From the NCBI GenBank assembly GCA_012295275.1, contig CM022668.1, positions 8,680,001 to 8,744,000 of the forward strand: a stretch of 64,000 bases of DNA. Direction: 5' to 3'. Under the pieces are notes generated by a model. The model was not told the origin of the DNA, ran no database searches, and saw nothing but the letters and a program-made list of their open reading frames with translations. Origin of the DNA: Chrysomallon squamiferum. Its lineage: Eukaryota > Animalia > Mollusca. Positions 1-15,421 of the stretch are shown here, piece by piece. The position numbers were made by a program, and so were the translations under genes. How positions within the stretch are numbered: the first letter of the stretch is position 1; every line of letters begins with the position of its first letter.

Positions 1-256
1 TTCTTTAATTCTCTGCATAGAAACTTGTTTGTATTCCCAGTGGTAGTTAGATTGACAAAACAGGTGGCTTTAAAATAAATCTATTGTCATTGTTAGTGCA
101 TGCATGCATACACATATTTACATATGTAGGTGTATACATATCTTTCTGTGTATATTACATGTATGTATTAATGTATATTTGTATGTATGTATGTATGTAT
201 GTTTTTATCTATGTACGTATTACATGCACAAAAAATAAGTATGTGCGTGTGCATGT

Positions 257-291
<35 letters not shown>

Positions 292-293
292 TA

Positions 294-353
<60 letters not shown>

Positions 354-984
354 AATGCAAGGTAATTTAACAAGAGATTACGATCTGGTAAATCTTCCGT
401 AAGTTCAGGATGCACTTACAATTGTTTTATATGATACGATCATGGCAAATTAAACTTTTATTTTTTTTAAACATTTTACTCATACATATTTTGTATCACT
501 AAGTTAACAAACTATTCTAAAATTTAAATAAATATATTCTTCATCTACCATTTGTATTTACAAATTCAATAAATATGTCTTATTTAATAACTCAAAGACA
601 AAAAACAAAAACAAACCAAACAAAAAAAAAAAAAAAAAAAAAAAAAAACAACAACAAAAAAAACCCCACCAAAAACAACAACAATAATTAATTAGTAATT
701 AATAATAAAAAACGTATTATATAAATATATGTAGGTTCCGTTTCATTATTTTATTTCAATATATGCACTGAGTTTATTTCATACATATAAATTATTTTCG
801 AAAGGTTTAAATATTAAAACTTAAAACATCATTTAAAATATTTTCAGAAACCGAAAGTTTCATTTTAATTCATGTTATTGTTTTGTATTTTTTAACTATT
901 TTTCTTTGAGCAACTTTCCCGTTAGTAAAAACCTCTAACGTAGGACTGATAGTGAGGGAACGGATTACAGTTTCCTACCGGAGT

Positions 985-1923
985 GACGACTGTACCCCAG
1001 ACCACTGTACCCCAGACGACTGTACCCCAGACGACTGTACCCCAGACCACTGTACCCCAGACCACTGTACACCAGACCACTGTACCCCAGACCACTGTAC
1101 ACCAGACTACTGTACCCCAGACCGCTGTACCCCAGACCACTGTACCCCAGACCGCTGTACCCCAGACCACTGTACACCAGATCACTGTACACCAGACCAC
1201 TGTACACCAGACCACTGTACCCCAGACCGCTGTACCCCAGACCACTGTACCCCAGACCACTGTACCCCAGACCGCTGTACCCCAGACCACTGTACCCCAG
1301 ACCGCTGTACCCCAGACCACTGTACCCCAGACCACTGTACCCCAGACCGCTGTACCCCAGACCACTGTACCCCAGACCACTGTACCCCAGACCACTGTAC
1401 CCCAGACCGCTGTACCCCAGACCGCTGTACCCCAGACCACTGTACCCCAGACCGCTGTACCCCAGACCACTGTACCCCAGACCACTGTACCCCAGACCGC
1501 TGTACCCCAGACCGCTGTACCCCAGACCACTGTACCCCAGACCACTGTACCTGCCCAGACCACTGTACCCCAGACCACTGTACCCCAGACCGCTGTACCC
1601 CAGACCACTGTACCCCAGACCACTGTACACCAGACCACTGTACCCAGACCGCTGTACCCCAGACCGCTGTACCCCAGACCACTGTACCCCAGACCACTGT
1701 ACACCAGACCACTGTACCCAGACCACTGTACCCCAGACCGCTGTACCCCAGACCACTGTACCCAGACCACTGTACCCCAGACCGCTGTACCCCAGACCAC
1801 TGTACACCAGACCACTGTATCCCAGACCACTGTACCCCAGACCACTGTACCCCAGACCACTGTACCCCAGACCACTGTACCCAGACCACTGTACCCCAGA
1901 CCGCTGTACCCCAGACCACTGTG
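985..1923. repeat. 15-bp GC-rich minisatellite (GACCACTGTACCCCA)n, roughly 60 units
   Basis: Direct tandem array with variants GACCGC and TACACCA and occasional 14-bp units. It explains the five overlapping repetitive ORFs at 922-1936. Confidence 0.95.
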
Positions 1924-2027
1924 TCTTGACACATAAAAATTAAATTTAAAGTGAATTAATACGTGTACATTTTATCTATCTCTCCATTTTACATACATTA
2001 TCATCCATATCATCATCATCATCATCA

Positions 2028-2058
<31 letters not shown>

Positions 2059-2988
2059 AACATATTTATATAGCATCCTAATGGTGATTTACAGTTTTAT
2101 GAGAAAATGGATATACTCATATTAAAAAGAATATGAACATAATGGTGAACGTAACAATACGGGTAGAGATAATTGAGGAGCTTTCCAAAAGTGTTTAACG
2201 TAATTAATAGACTAAACTGAATATTGCAAAATTGGAGAACACGTAATTATACATCAGCAAAATGATTTTGAACGAAACGGGTCGTTGGTAATATTATTAA
2301 AGTATTTACATGGGAGTGAGTAGTTTGTTGACCCATTAATATATTAATATATTAATCCATTACAATGCTTCAGTCGTCACCTCACAAGTTAAATCTCGAG
2401 TTCAAGCATCACTGGTCAGCTACTGACTAATTCTTCCGATCTTCCATAACTGAGCATAGCTTGACCGATATATTGCATTCACTTGTTGCTCCATATGATT
2501 TCTCAGACATGTATGGAGGCATCACATACAGTAGCTGATATGGAGTCAATATCGCACATAAATAAATAAACAAATACATACATATATACATACATACATA
2601 GATACTTACATACATACATACATACATGTATACATAAATACATAAACACATAAACACATAAACACATACATACATACATGTACACGCGTACGTACTTACA
2701 GGCAGACAGAGAAACAGAAACAAAAGTGATAAAGAAAGCTAATGAAACATCTACTGCATTTATTTATTTGATGGTTCTTTTGTTTGTTGGTATTATTTAT
2801 TTTTATTACATTTGGTTTAGTTTTTTCCTGTTTTATTATTATCATTTTCATTTATTTATCTATTTATGTTACTGTTAATATTGATATTATTGCTTTTTCT
2901 ATTCACGTGGCGGTTGACTGACGTGGCTGTGTAAACTACTGGTTAGCTGTCAGCTCTCTGTTTCTACTTCAACACCAGAACAAGTAAT

Positions 2989-3857
2989 ATGAAGACTCTC
3001 ATCTTCGTCGCCGTTGTTGTGGTAGTATGCTGTGTTTTAGCAGATGCCAACCCAATGTCGAATGCAAAAAGAGAAATTCTTGAAAAAAGAGAAAATAGAG
3101 GTTGGTTTTCGCATAACTTTCAGTTCTTGTTTAATAGGTATGAAAGTTATACATGTAGTAGTAATAGTGTTAGAAATAATACCGATCCTAGCAGTAGCAA
3201 AATTAGCAATAGCAACACAGAGATGTATGTAGTTCGGTAGCAGAGGTAGTCTTAATACTATTAGCAGCAACAGTAGTGTAGTCTGTAGTCCTAGTAGTGA
3301 TACAAATCGTACTAATATAGGGAGTATAGGAATAAAGCAGTATCAAGGGTAATGTTATTAATAGTTGTAGTAGCAGTAGTAGTAGTAATTGTTGTTATTG
3401 TTTTTGTAGTAGTGGCAGTAACAGTCTCAGTAATTACAACAGGCGTAATAACAGAAGCAGCGATGTAGTAGTAGTAGTAGTAGTAGTAATAGTAGATATA
3501 TTTATAGTGCTAGTATTGGTAGTAGTAGTAGAAACAGCAGTTGTAGAAGTAATAATAACAATGTCAATAAATAAATAAATAATAATAACAGTAATAATGA
3601 TAATAATAATAATAATATGATCATCATCATCATCATCATGACGATGATGCACATTATAATGATGGTAAATATCATAACTGTTTGCTTTAAAGTTTGGAAA
3701 ACTGAAAGCTGCATCTCGTACTAACTGAAGTTATTTTCAGACTGTCTGAGGAGTGTGTATCGCACGTACTGCACGTACTCGGAAGGCGAGTGCTATGTCA
3801 GTGGAGGAGACGTAACCACTCAGTACGACTGCTACAACGGAAATGTGTGCTGCATTT
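2989..3857 (+). CDS. Secreted 6-Cys peptide gene, copy A (defensin-like precursor)
   Basis: Exon 1 2989-3100 encodes MKTLIFVAVVVVVCCVLADANPMSNAKREILEKRENR (G|GTTGGT, phase 1). Exon 2 3741-3857 (ttttcag|) encodes DCLRSVYRTYCTYSEGECYVSGGDVTTQYDCYNGNVCCI (|GTAAGT). A tail exon 4248-4258 (YFL*) is possible. Hydrophobic signal and KR dibasic sites are present. Confidence 0.88.
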
Positions 3858-4076
3858 GTAAGTAGCAATACGAGATCGTCAGTAACAAAATCAATGGATA
3901 AACAGATATTATTTAAAAAATATTAACTAATTTTAATCATGATCTTGATGATGATAATGATAATATTAATAATATTACTACTAATGATGATGATGATGAC
4001 GATATTATTAATACTACTACTACTAATGATTATTTATTACTTTGTTTTTATTATTTGTATCTGTGTATGTGTACAT

Positions 4077-4163
<87 letters not shown>

Positions 4164-4943
4164 GAGATATATCTGTATATATATATATATATTTTTTTTT
4201 TAGTTACATGAACATCTCCAAAAATTTAGTTTTCTGTCTTCAAACAGATTTTCTTTAATAAATTATTTTAAAAGTTTCTTCTTTTACGTGTTTTTATTTT
4301 AATTTTATTATTTGTGTTTTAACTCTGTATATCTATGTGCATTTCCGAGACGAAACAGAAACCCGCATTTGTGCTTCCCTTTTCCAATTTTATTTTTTAT
4401 TTGTTTGTTTATTTGTTCGTTTCTGGCAGTTCTGAAGCAGAGCATATTAAGAAGTTATAGCATTGTATATGACATCGATATTACCTACACTTTAAATTAA
4501 AATTTCGTAAATCATCGAGGTATGGATCTCATTTATTTATTTTTTAGTTTAATTTTTTAGTTTATTTTGGATTGGTTTTTTCTTTATGAACTATGCATAT
4601 TCGAAAATAAATTTTATTACTAGTTTAAATATTTTTAGAGCACTGACGTTTTTTATTTAATTTTACACACACACACAGTCAGACCCTGAGACACGTGTTA
4701 GTATCCTTAATTCCACTGCTGTAAATGTCTGTTTCATTGCCTTCGTAACTGAGATAATAACAATTAAAAAAATAGCAATATAAAACAGTTTGTCATCATT
4801 GCCTGCTTTGGGATATGCCAAATATCTGCCAAGTGAAAGCTCGTGAGAAAGTAAAGATATGAAAAGAGAAATTTAGAATTTAACCTTAACGATAGGTTTA
4901 TAGATATCTGTCTAATGTTTCTTTACCATTACGAAGAGTTGGC

Positions 4944-5346
4944 AAAGTTTCCATACTGATAACAGTGACTTCTCTGGCTATTTTGATTATAATATTGATG
5001 CTATTCAACTGCAACAATAAAATAAATAAACTTAACTGTTTCGATAATTCAGGTAATTGTGGCTGTTCCATTACTTATGATAATGATAGTAGTAGTAGTA
5101 CGAGTCGTAATAGTAGTAGTAGTTATTGTTGAGTAGTACTACTAGTAGTAATAGTTGTAGTAGTAATTGTAGAAGCAGTAATAGTTGTAGTTATAGTAAT
5201 ATAGTAGAAGTAGTAAACAAATCGCAGTAGTGTTTCCACTAACGGTACTAGCAGTAGTAGAAGCAGTAGTATAACAGCAACTGCTAATAATAAATACTTC
5301 TTCTGTTTGCTGGATTCTTTCTTGTTTTTTGGTAGGTTTTTCTTGA

Positions 5347-5398
<52 letters not shown>

Positions 5399-5648
5399 GT
5401 TATAATTATGATCATCATCATCATCATTATTATTATTATTTAAAAAAATAATAATACAAAAATAAAGTTTCGCGTTTTCTTCACCTGTCCTCTTGGGGAA
5501 TGGAACTGTACGCGCTATCTCAAAAATATGTATTTAAAATTATTACAATAATATACCAGACAACTTGTGAATTTTCAATTACTGAATGTCAATCACTTTT
5601 GGACGTCCGCTTCTCAATCTCTGTGTGTCTGCACAGTCCTGCTGTAAG
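4944..5648 (+). pseudogene. Degenerate copy of the 6-Cys peptide gene (A')
   Basis: 5563-5648 reads TCEFSITECQSLLDVRFSISVCLH then, after a frameshift, (P)CCK|GTAG, aligning with copy C (TCRFSLIECEFLGGIILDKFICLIGHPCCK). Acceptor and Cys1 are decayed. A hydrophobic stretch without ATG (KVSILITVTSLAILIII) near 4944 ends at CAG|GTAATT (5052). Confidence 0.5.
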
Positions 5649-5676
5649 GTAGTGTCAGTATTCTCTCTCTCTCTCT

Positions 5677-5784
<108 letters not shown>

Positions 5785-5790
5785 ATCTCA

Positions 5791-5916
<126 letters not shown>

Positions 5917-5939
5917 TTTCTATTTCTCTCTCTATTTTT

Positions 5940-6028
<89 letters not shown>

Positions 6029-7457
6029 CTATCTCTATCTTTATCTTTCTCTCCCCCATCTGTTTCTATATCTCTCTCTTGTCCCTGTTATCTATTTTTC
6101 TTTTTGAACTTCTTCTTCTTTATCAACATCATCACTATTATTATTATTATTATTACTACCACCACCATTACTATTACTATACTACTTTTATACCACAACT
6201 ATTATTATTATTATTAAAGTTATTGTGTTTTCCTTTTTTAATCATATTTGTTGTTGTGCTTTTTTTCATTCCAGTATAATGACAGTCATAATTGATACGT
6301 TGTGTTCCACTATTGGTTTGTTTAATAAAATTCTGTTCTTTTTATTAACCTTTTTCAAACTAATATTTTAGAATTAAAGTAACAAATATAAATATCAATC
6401 AGTCGAATCCAATCAAATAAACACACACTTTCCTACACTGAATATCGGAATAACTGTAGTAGTCTTCCGATTCTGAACAATAATAACAACAAAATTATTA
6501 ATTAAGTGGCAGAAATTTTTCCGAAGAACAAGAAGATATTTTATGACCAAAAAGAACCAATACCGGAAAATGTATCGTTGAATAAAAAGCATGTTGCTCT
6601 CCGAAAATGAAAACATGTCCTTAAATAAACTAACTAAATAATAAATAATAGTTACGTGAACAAGAGCAATACTGCAGTATCACTCTTAACACAGTTTATT
6701 GCTGTTCTTTTATAAGAAATCGTGTTAACTGAATAAAAAACAAAACAAAACAAAAGGATTAAATGTAATTCATGCAACGATTCTTGTTTTTTCATATGTG
6801 CGTGCGTGCGGGCGTGCGTGTGTGTTTGTGTGTGTGTAAAACAACGGTAATAATATGATCAATAACAAGAAAATGAGGAAGAAGAAGAATAATGTTGATG
6901 ATGGCTTTTACATCTGTGGTACAAATCACAAAAGAAATCAATATATATAATTATATATGTGTGTATATGGTTTGGAAACATGACATAATATTTTATTTTC
7001 TCTCTGTTTGCCTTGAGAAAGGAACTAAAAGAAGAAAATAATAAACAAAAAGTAAAAATAAATTAATATTACAAACAAATTGAAATAAGTAAAATGTTAT
7101 CTATCTATTAACTATTACCAATAACGAGTGTCAGATATGTCTGAAACGTTGTCAGTATTATACAAATAACTGTATTTATTATCAGAAACATGCATTAGAA
7201 ATGTATAATTAGAAAGTTATTGTAATATATATATATATAGGTAGCATAGGAGAAAAATCAGTGGCAGACTTACGGGTAAATAGGTCAGAAGTTTTAGTGA
7301 TTTTTTTTTACAACTTATATATACTCATGTGAAAAAATAAGGTTCCAAATATGTCAACTTCTCTGCGATGAAAATAAAAAACTTGTGTGTTGTCAGTTTT
7401 TTGGCAGTATTGGATTTGTGAGAAAGGAATAAAAACATATTTCAAATATCTCGTGGT

Positions 7458-8212
7458 ACAGATACACACCAACATACACTCATATACACAAACATACACA
7501 CATACACACCAGCATACACTCATATACACAAACATACACTCATACACACCAGCATACACACATACACACCAGCATACACAGATACACACCAACATACACA
7601 CATACACACCAGCATACACTCATATACACACCAGCATACACACATACACACCAGCATACACAGATACACACCAACATACACACATACACACCAGCATACA
7701 CACATACACACCAACATACACACATATACACAAACACACACACATACACACCAGCATACACTCATATACACAAACATACACTCATATACACAAACATACA
7801 CTCATATACACAAACATACACACATACACACCAGCATACACTCATATACACCAACATACACTCATATACACAAACACACACACATACACACCAGCATACA
7901 CTCATATACACAAACACACACACATACACACCAGCATACACTCATATACACCAACATACACTCATATACACAAACACACACACATACACACCAGCATACA
8001 CTCATATACACAAACACACACACATACACACCAGCATACACTCATATACACAAACATACACTCATATACACAAACACACACACATACACACCAACATACA
8101 CTCATATACACAAACATACACTCATATACACAAACACACACACATACACACCAACATACACTCATATACACAAACACACACACATACACACCAACATACA
8201 CTCATATACACA
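7458..8212. repeat. CA-rich ~20-bp minisatellite (CATACACACCAGCATACACA and variants)
   Basis: Direct tandem array. Source of the H/T/Y-rich 286-aa ORF. Confidence 0.9.
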
Positions 8213-8316
8213 CACGCAAACAAACAACAACAAAAGACATGCCTTGAGATACTTTTATTTTAAAAGATGTCAGTTTGAAGTAGACTGATTATTAAAAATA
8301 CATCACCAGGTATTCT

Positions 8317-8721
8317 TCAGTGTTTGGCTGAAAGTAGAATTATCTGCGCACAGTTACACACAAATAAGCACATATATGTGTGTATGTATGTGTGTGTGTG
8401 TGTGTGTCTATATATATATATATATAATACTAATGTGTTTGTGTGAGTGTATGACACACATGCAGATAGACAGACAGATACATAGATGGACAGAGAGAGA
8501 TATTCGTGCTGTGGTATTGTGACTTACTAATACAGCAAGGATTTCCATTTCCACAATCATATTTTAGTGTTATCCTTCCACCAGTTATTTTGCATTCAAC
8601 TTCAGTATAAGTGCAGGTCGCTACATCTGGACTTTTGAGGCAGTCTAAAACAATTTATCTTTAATACGATGAAATGTTTTTTCTTTTTAATCTCATCTTA
8701 TTTATTTATTATTTATTTATT

Positions 8722-8784
<63 letters not shown>

Positions 8785-9627
8785 GAAAAACTTACGCGCA
8801 GGTCCTGAGCAAAAAAAACACAAAACAAAAAAACAACATGAAAATCACTTAAGAAAAGAAATTGCAAGAAAGAAAAGTTATTAATATCTCTAATATCTCT
8901 TGACTAATATATCAAATATATCTGACATTTTTAGTCTACACTGGCTCTGTAGTGACCACCAGCCAACTATTATTAGAGCCACTATCATCACCATCGACAT
9001 AAATGAGACTAAATCTGGATTCATCTACAAAAAGATCTGTCCACAATGGAGTTACGTTCGTCGGAAATAGCGTTCGAAATGTTAGTGATGTCTAAGTCTT
9101 GCCGTGCTTCATTCTCTCACTGTCAGGAAGAAGCAATTTCTCTGCGTTATAATTTTTACAGAAGTGCTACTATAAAGTGCCAAAATTTTCCTCCTTATAA
9201 ATAACAAGTATTTTTTCATGTGACCTTCGACTCAGAATGAATCTTCACAGATTAAACAAAAACAAAAGCGGAGCCAGATAAAAGAGTAATACGATTTCTA
9301 TGGCTGACCGTATATTAATACTAACACAACTGTTATTAATACTGCATTTACTACTGCTAATAATATTACCAATGTTATCTTTATATATTGTTGCTACTGC
9401 TAATTGTGCTATTGTCTGCATTATTGTGAACACTAGCAGTACTTCTTGAATAAATATAACTTCCCGATTTAAATATATTTTCATCACACGAGAACTGAAA
9501 ACTGTCGAAACCCACCTAGACTTTCTTTTCCGTGAACGTTTCCTTCTGTTTCTCTCGACACTGGGTTGGCATCTGTAATGGAACTGTATACTACCACAAC
9601 AGTCATGATGAAGATGAGAGTTTTCAT
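8317..9627 (-). CDS. Secreted 6-Cys peptide gene, copy B
   Basis: Exon 1 9627-9516 (112 nt, same length as copy A) encodes MKTLIFIMTVVVVYSSITDANPVSRETEGNVHGKESL (G|GTGGGT). Exon 2 8644-8528 (117 nt) encodes DCLKSPDVATCTYTEVECKITGGRITLKYDCGNGNPCCI (|GTAAGT). A probable tail exon 8327-8317 (TKH*) is followed by AATAAA. Confidence 0.88.
8940..9110 (-). mobile_element. Tc1/mariner transposase relic in the intron of copy B
   Basis: Minus strand reads WTDLFVDESRFSLIYVDG, resembling the Tc1 first catalytic-Asp motif (W..VLFSDESRF.L...DG). Short and degenerate. Confidence 0.5.
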
Positions 9628-10895
9628 ATTGCTTCTTCGAGTGTTCAAACAGAAATAAGGAGCTGACAGGTAACCAGTAGTTTATACAGCCGTTTCATTC
9701 ATTTGAAAAAACTAAAACAGTGCGAATAGGCGTGAGCTCTAACACACTACAACTAACAATGAGAGAGATAAACGACCAGGCCGAAAGAATAAAGGAAATA
9801 TAATAAATACGTGTTCAAATAAATTTTGAATCTCTCTCAGCCTGAGTATGTGTGTATGTGTGTGTGTGTGTGTGCGTGTGTATGTATACATATATAGATA
9901 TACAGATTGATAAATAAATATATATATATACAGATGATAGATAGATAAATAGATAGCTATAGATAAAGATACATATATGAGTATATAAATACACAGACGC
10001 GTAAAGAGAGGTATCCGCATATAAATATATATTTGATATATTAACTGACTTTTAATTGAGACAGACAGACATACATACATACAGAAATAAAAAAGAACGA
10101 AATAGCGAATGTAGTTCTATCATAGATTATGCACATTCACACGCACAGACATACACACTCAAACAAACATATATTTACATTTGTAAATACATACCTACAT
10201 ATATGTAGCCAGACATTCAGTGATGCCAGCAAAAAGGAAAATATATAAACAAGAATCATGTTTGTATTCTTTATTTAATTAACAATTCATTTTCGATGTT
10301 AAACTCTCTCTCAGACACACACAGACACGCACGCACACACACACAAACGCACCCACACGCACGCACACGCACAATCACACTCACACACAAACACACAAAC
10401 ATACATATTGAGTTTGAAGTCTGAAAATAATGAAGTCGACAGGTTTGTAATTTATTATATCTGTTTATACTATACTATTAAACATTTACAAATCTGTGAA
10501 CATCATTAAATATTCAGTGTGTCAGTTTTAAAAATGAATAAAAAACCGAAAAAATAAACAAAAACAAAACAACAACAAAAAAAACAAAATTGTAAACTTA
10601 TTTTTGAAACGAATGAATTTAATAAACAAATAAATAAATATATATACTAACAATTACAGCAAGAACAACAGTAACAACAATAAAATCAATAATAATGATT
10701 AATGATTTAATTAATGCATATGTATATACATAAGATTATCGAGGTGCGTATCTGTGTGTGCATGATGTATCGAAGCCTATTTTGCATCCATATATGTATG
10801 CATGGGTGTATGTGTGTATGTATGTGTGTGTACTCATGTATGCATATAGATATATATATATATGCATACATAAACATACTCGCATTATATACATG

Positions 10896-10938
<43 letters not shown>

Positions 10939-11606
10939 TTGTATATGTATATATGTATCTGTATATGTATGTGTATATATATGCATGCATATGTTTATGT
11001 TAATGTATATATCTGTATATATCTGTGAATGTATGTATATATATATAAGTGAAAGTAAATTTATGCTGAACATTTGCCCATGGAACAATTACAAACAGTT
11101 GATGCATTTTTCTGTTAAATTCCAAGACAAAATCAATTGTTCTGTCATTATTAATAATACTATCTTTTTAAATAATTTTTTAAATTATTATTTATTTATT
11201 TAGTTTTTTTTGCTTTTCCTTTATTCTTCGCAGTTTACTGAAATCAGGCCGATTATCAAGATGCAGTCTTTAAATTAAAAGTTTTGAATCTTTAACTATA
11301 TCGAATCTAACTTTAAAGATGGAGGTGATAACTTTTCTCTATATAAATTCTGAAATAATTTCATTTTAGGTTCCAAAAAAATTTGCGTATGTTAAGGAGA
11401 GATTTCACACCTGTTCACAAACACAATTCTACATGATTATTTTCTTTTCCTTTTATTTTATTTATCGGTATTTTTGCTTCAAAACTAAATTAATAAGACT
11501 TTTATTAATACGTTAAGCGAATCTGACGTAAGAAATCAGTAATCATATTTGTGTATCTTATTTTAAAACAACTTTGTTTTTTCTTTCTTTATTTATAATA
11601 CTACAA

Positions 11607-11681
<75 letters not shown>

Positions 11682-11971
11682 AAGTTTTCAAGACGTTCAG
11701 CAGATATGAACAATATTTTATTAAAATCAATTGCTGAGAACTCAGAGATAGTAGACCACACTTGGTCTGAGTGATCATTATACTGAAATGAGAAACAACA
11801 TATATCTGATCAGAACAAGAAAACTCAACAAAATAATGATGACGATAATGGTTAGAAGAAGACAAAGAAGACCAAAACGAGAACAAGAACGAGGGAGGGA
11901 GGGAGGGAGAGGGAGAGAGAGAGAGAGGAAGAGAGAAAGAAAGAAAGAGAGAGAGAGAGACAGAGAGAGAG

Positions 11972-12053
<82 letters not shown>

Positions 12054-12088
12054 AAGAGAGAGACAGAGAGACAGAGAGAGAGGGGAGA

Positions 12089-12156
<68 letters not shown>

Positions 12157-12220
12157 GATAGAGAGAGAGAGTTCTAAACTAATGCATTTCTTTATTTCAC
12201 ATTATAATACTCTGATTTAC

Positions 12221-13183
12221 GTTTACAGCAGGGATGTCCAATCAAGCAGATAAATTTATCAAGAATAATTCCACCAAGAAATTCGCATTCAATGAGTGAA
12301 AATCTGCAAGTTGAGTATCCTAGGCTCTGTGAGCAATCTGAAATATTCATAGATTAATAAACTGATGCTACAAACATACAGCTGAGAGAGCGTGCTTACT
12401 TTCTGCTAGATAAAGAAAACAAAAAATGAAGAATGTAAAACAGGTTAAATATAGGAGAAATGTATTTAATTGAAAGACCTAAAACATTCTTCAGGTATTC
12501 TCTATTAGTTACTTTGTTTTCTTTTCTAAAACATTTATTTTTGAAAAGAACGAAATTTGTCATTTGGAATAACAGCTTTAAATGATTTATTTTATGTTAT
12601 TGCTGTTGTTGCTGTTATTGGTGATGATGGTGATGATGTTGTTGTCACTGTAATACGTACGTGGTCTTCCGTTGACTGAAAGAAAACAAAATAAAGAAAA
12701 GATTGAGACACAAAATATAAAGTTAAATCATAGAGAATAATAAATATATTGACTTTCATATTCATTGTTATTTCTTAAAATGATGTGACAAAACTGAAAA
12801 ACTACCACTACTGCTACTGCTACTACTACTACCTTCACTACTACTACTACTACAATTACTACTCGGTCTACTGTTACTGTCATTACTTTAGCTAGTTCAC
12901 AACATCTTATTACTGTCAAATCCACGACTATTGTTGCAGCAAAAAATATTAATGTTTCTGTCAATATTGTGTGAGAAGTCACTAATGTCTATAGGAAGCA
13001 AGTTTGCTAATTTTAAGTATATGGAAAGAAGGCAGATTAAAACCGCACTCCCCAACCTGTCAGCTTAGTCATACGCCACAGATGTTTTCGACTTTCGACT
13101 GAGCTTTGACTTGTCAAAGGGTTGGCGTATCCAACAGTAATACAGACTACCACAACAAAAGCGACGACGACAGAGAGTTTCAT
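12221..13183 (-). CDS. Secreted 6-Cys peptide gene, copy C (with 15-nt micro-exon)
   Basis: Exon 1 13183-13057 encodes MKLSVVVAFVVVVCITVGYANPLTSQSSVESRKHLWRMTKLT (G|GTTGGG). Micro-exon 12675-12661 encodes VNGRP. Cys exon 12337-12221 (117 nt) encodes HCSQSLGYSTCRFSLIECEFLGGIILDKFICLIGHPCCK (|GTAAAT). Tail exon not confidently located. Confidence 0.86.
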
Positions 13184-13559
13184 ATTTCTGTTTATCTTCT
13201 ATTCAGGTTTCAAGCAATGAATCAGATTTTTATAGTTGTGGAACTGAGAATAACACTATATATATAATACGAATATTCATCTCATCAGTACAGTTATGCA
13301 ACCTATTTTAGAATAATGGCATCTGCCATAGAACAAAACCAATACATTAATAGAAACTGAAAACAAAAAAAAAAAAAAAAAAAAATAATAATAATAATAA
13401 TAATAATGATAATAATAAAAGCAATAAAAAAGAGCAAATAAACAACTAGCTAACTAAAGAACTAACGAAATAAATAAATCAGTAATTAATTAATAAATTC
13501 ATTTGTTTAATTTTTCCGATTTTCGTTTTTGTTTTTTTTGTATATTCTATTATATTCTG

Positions 13560-13626
<67 letters not shown>

Positions 13627-14387
13627 GAAATATTCGGGAATGACTTACACAATAGGACGAACTTCAACCACAACCTCACAAATGGCAGATGCTGCTGATG
13701 ATATTGGAACTATGCACCCATTCACCACACTTCAATACATATCAGTATTCATGCACATATGTATGTGTGCGTGCGTATGAATGTCTATATGTATGTATAT
13801 ATGTATGTGTCTATGTATGTATGTATGTACGATGTATTTATTTATGTATACATACATGGCCACAAACAAAACTTTTAAAAACAATAATTTTACATAACAT
13901 GTAATTATTTCTGTTTCTTCTGATGTCTAAAATATGGGGGCAATATTTTGGGTCATTGTACCAAAAATTAAGACATAATAAAATAATTAAATCAGTAACT
14001 TACTATCTCAGAATGTTTTAACAACTGCATAGTTTTTTCATTCATATCGACATCTATCCATTTGTCTATGTATGTATAGATATGTATATATAGGTATATA
14101 TGTACCCATGCATAAATGTTTGTTATGTATCTATGTGTATGTTCATAAACAAATAAATAAATGGTTAGATAAATAAATATGTATCTATCCCTCTCTACCT
14201 CTGTCTGTCTGTCTATCTTTATGTATGTGTGTATTTACCGATCTATATAGCTATCAGTCTCTATTTCTCTCTCTTTCTCTCTCTCTATCTCTCTCTCTAT
14301 CTATCTCTCTCTCTATCTATCTATATATATATATATATAGCTCTCTTTTTCATTCTGTTTTTATGACTGTCTTATTAACACTGTGTT

Positions 14388-14425
<38 letters not shown>

Positions 14426-14834
14426 AGACGGCACTAATTACCATTAATGGGAAATATAAGGATATAATCTCTATCGAATGCCGTCTGTTAGATTTTGTGA
14501 CTGATTTTTGTTGTTATTTTGTGCCCTAGTACAGAACTGACCTGTTAATATTCATGAACTCCTTAACAAGACTATTATGTTGTTGTTGTTATTATTATTA
14601 TTATCATGATCGTCATCCTTATCATCATCACCATTATTATGATTATTATTATTATTATTGTTATTATTATTATTTCAATCTCTTGCTGATGCGCCACCTA
14701 CTGAAAAAAAGAAGAAGAAATATTCGTCGATATTCGTGTATAATATTTGACACTAACACACACGCGTGCAGTGGTAACACGAAATACAGTTAAGAAGACA
14801 AAGTTATAAAGAGACAGCGAGAGAGAGAGAGAGT

Positions 14835-14954
<120 letters not shown>

Positions 14955-15421
14955 CACAGCTATGTGGATTGTTAAATACCCAAACACACATAGATAGAAA
15001 GATAGACAGACAGAGATGTAGAGAGATAAATATCTATTTATCTATCCATTTTTTTATTTATTATTGTTGTAGTTATTATTATTATTATTATTATATTTTT
15101 TCTTTGAGGAAGGAATTCAAAACAAATAAAAAATAATAAATAAATAAATAAATGAATAAATAAATATATATTTACAACTGTTGACAAGGAAATATCCAGT
15201 TGTTTTGTTGTTGTTGTTGTTGTTGTTTTCTTTATTTTCATTTAATGTTTTTTGTTATATTTAAATGACAGATGTTTGTATTCTAAAATAAATTTAATTA
15301 CTATTATAATAAATATTGTTACGTGGCACTCTCGTTTGCTTGTATTAAAAATCTGCTTCATAGTCTCGTGTCTTAGTATGTATTTGATCACCACACTCGA
15401 ATGCTAGTCACAGCAGTAACT

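Noticed and set aside
922-1936. Five long overlapping ORFs (CTPDH, QTTVP, GYSGL repeats) resembling mucin, metallothionein or shell proteins
   Set aside because: All derive from a 15-bp minisatellite that is open in most frames. 14-bp units break frame, and there is no signal peptide or splice evidence.
2350-2535. Possible further peptide-family relic on the minus strand (CLRN..., ECNISVKLC)
   Set aside because: Only a C-x6-C coincidence. It needs several frameshifts and has no terminal CC or matching splice sites.
2989-3240. 83-aa single-exon ORF as the full product
   Set aside because: Similarity to copy B ends exactly at the G|GT donor (3100). The remainder is intronic read-through.
3741-3857. 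Naming the peptides big defensins, or clip/CUB-associated Cys modules of a larger protein
   Set aside because: Spacing differs from big defensins and the N-terminal hydrophobic domain is absent. The C-xxx-GG...C...CC pattern recalls some arthropod N-terminal Cys modules, but the exons lie on both strands, each intact one has its own signal exon and most have a nearby stop. No symbol assigned without a search.
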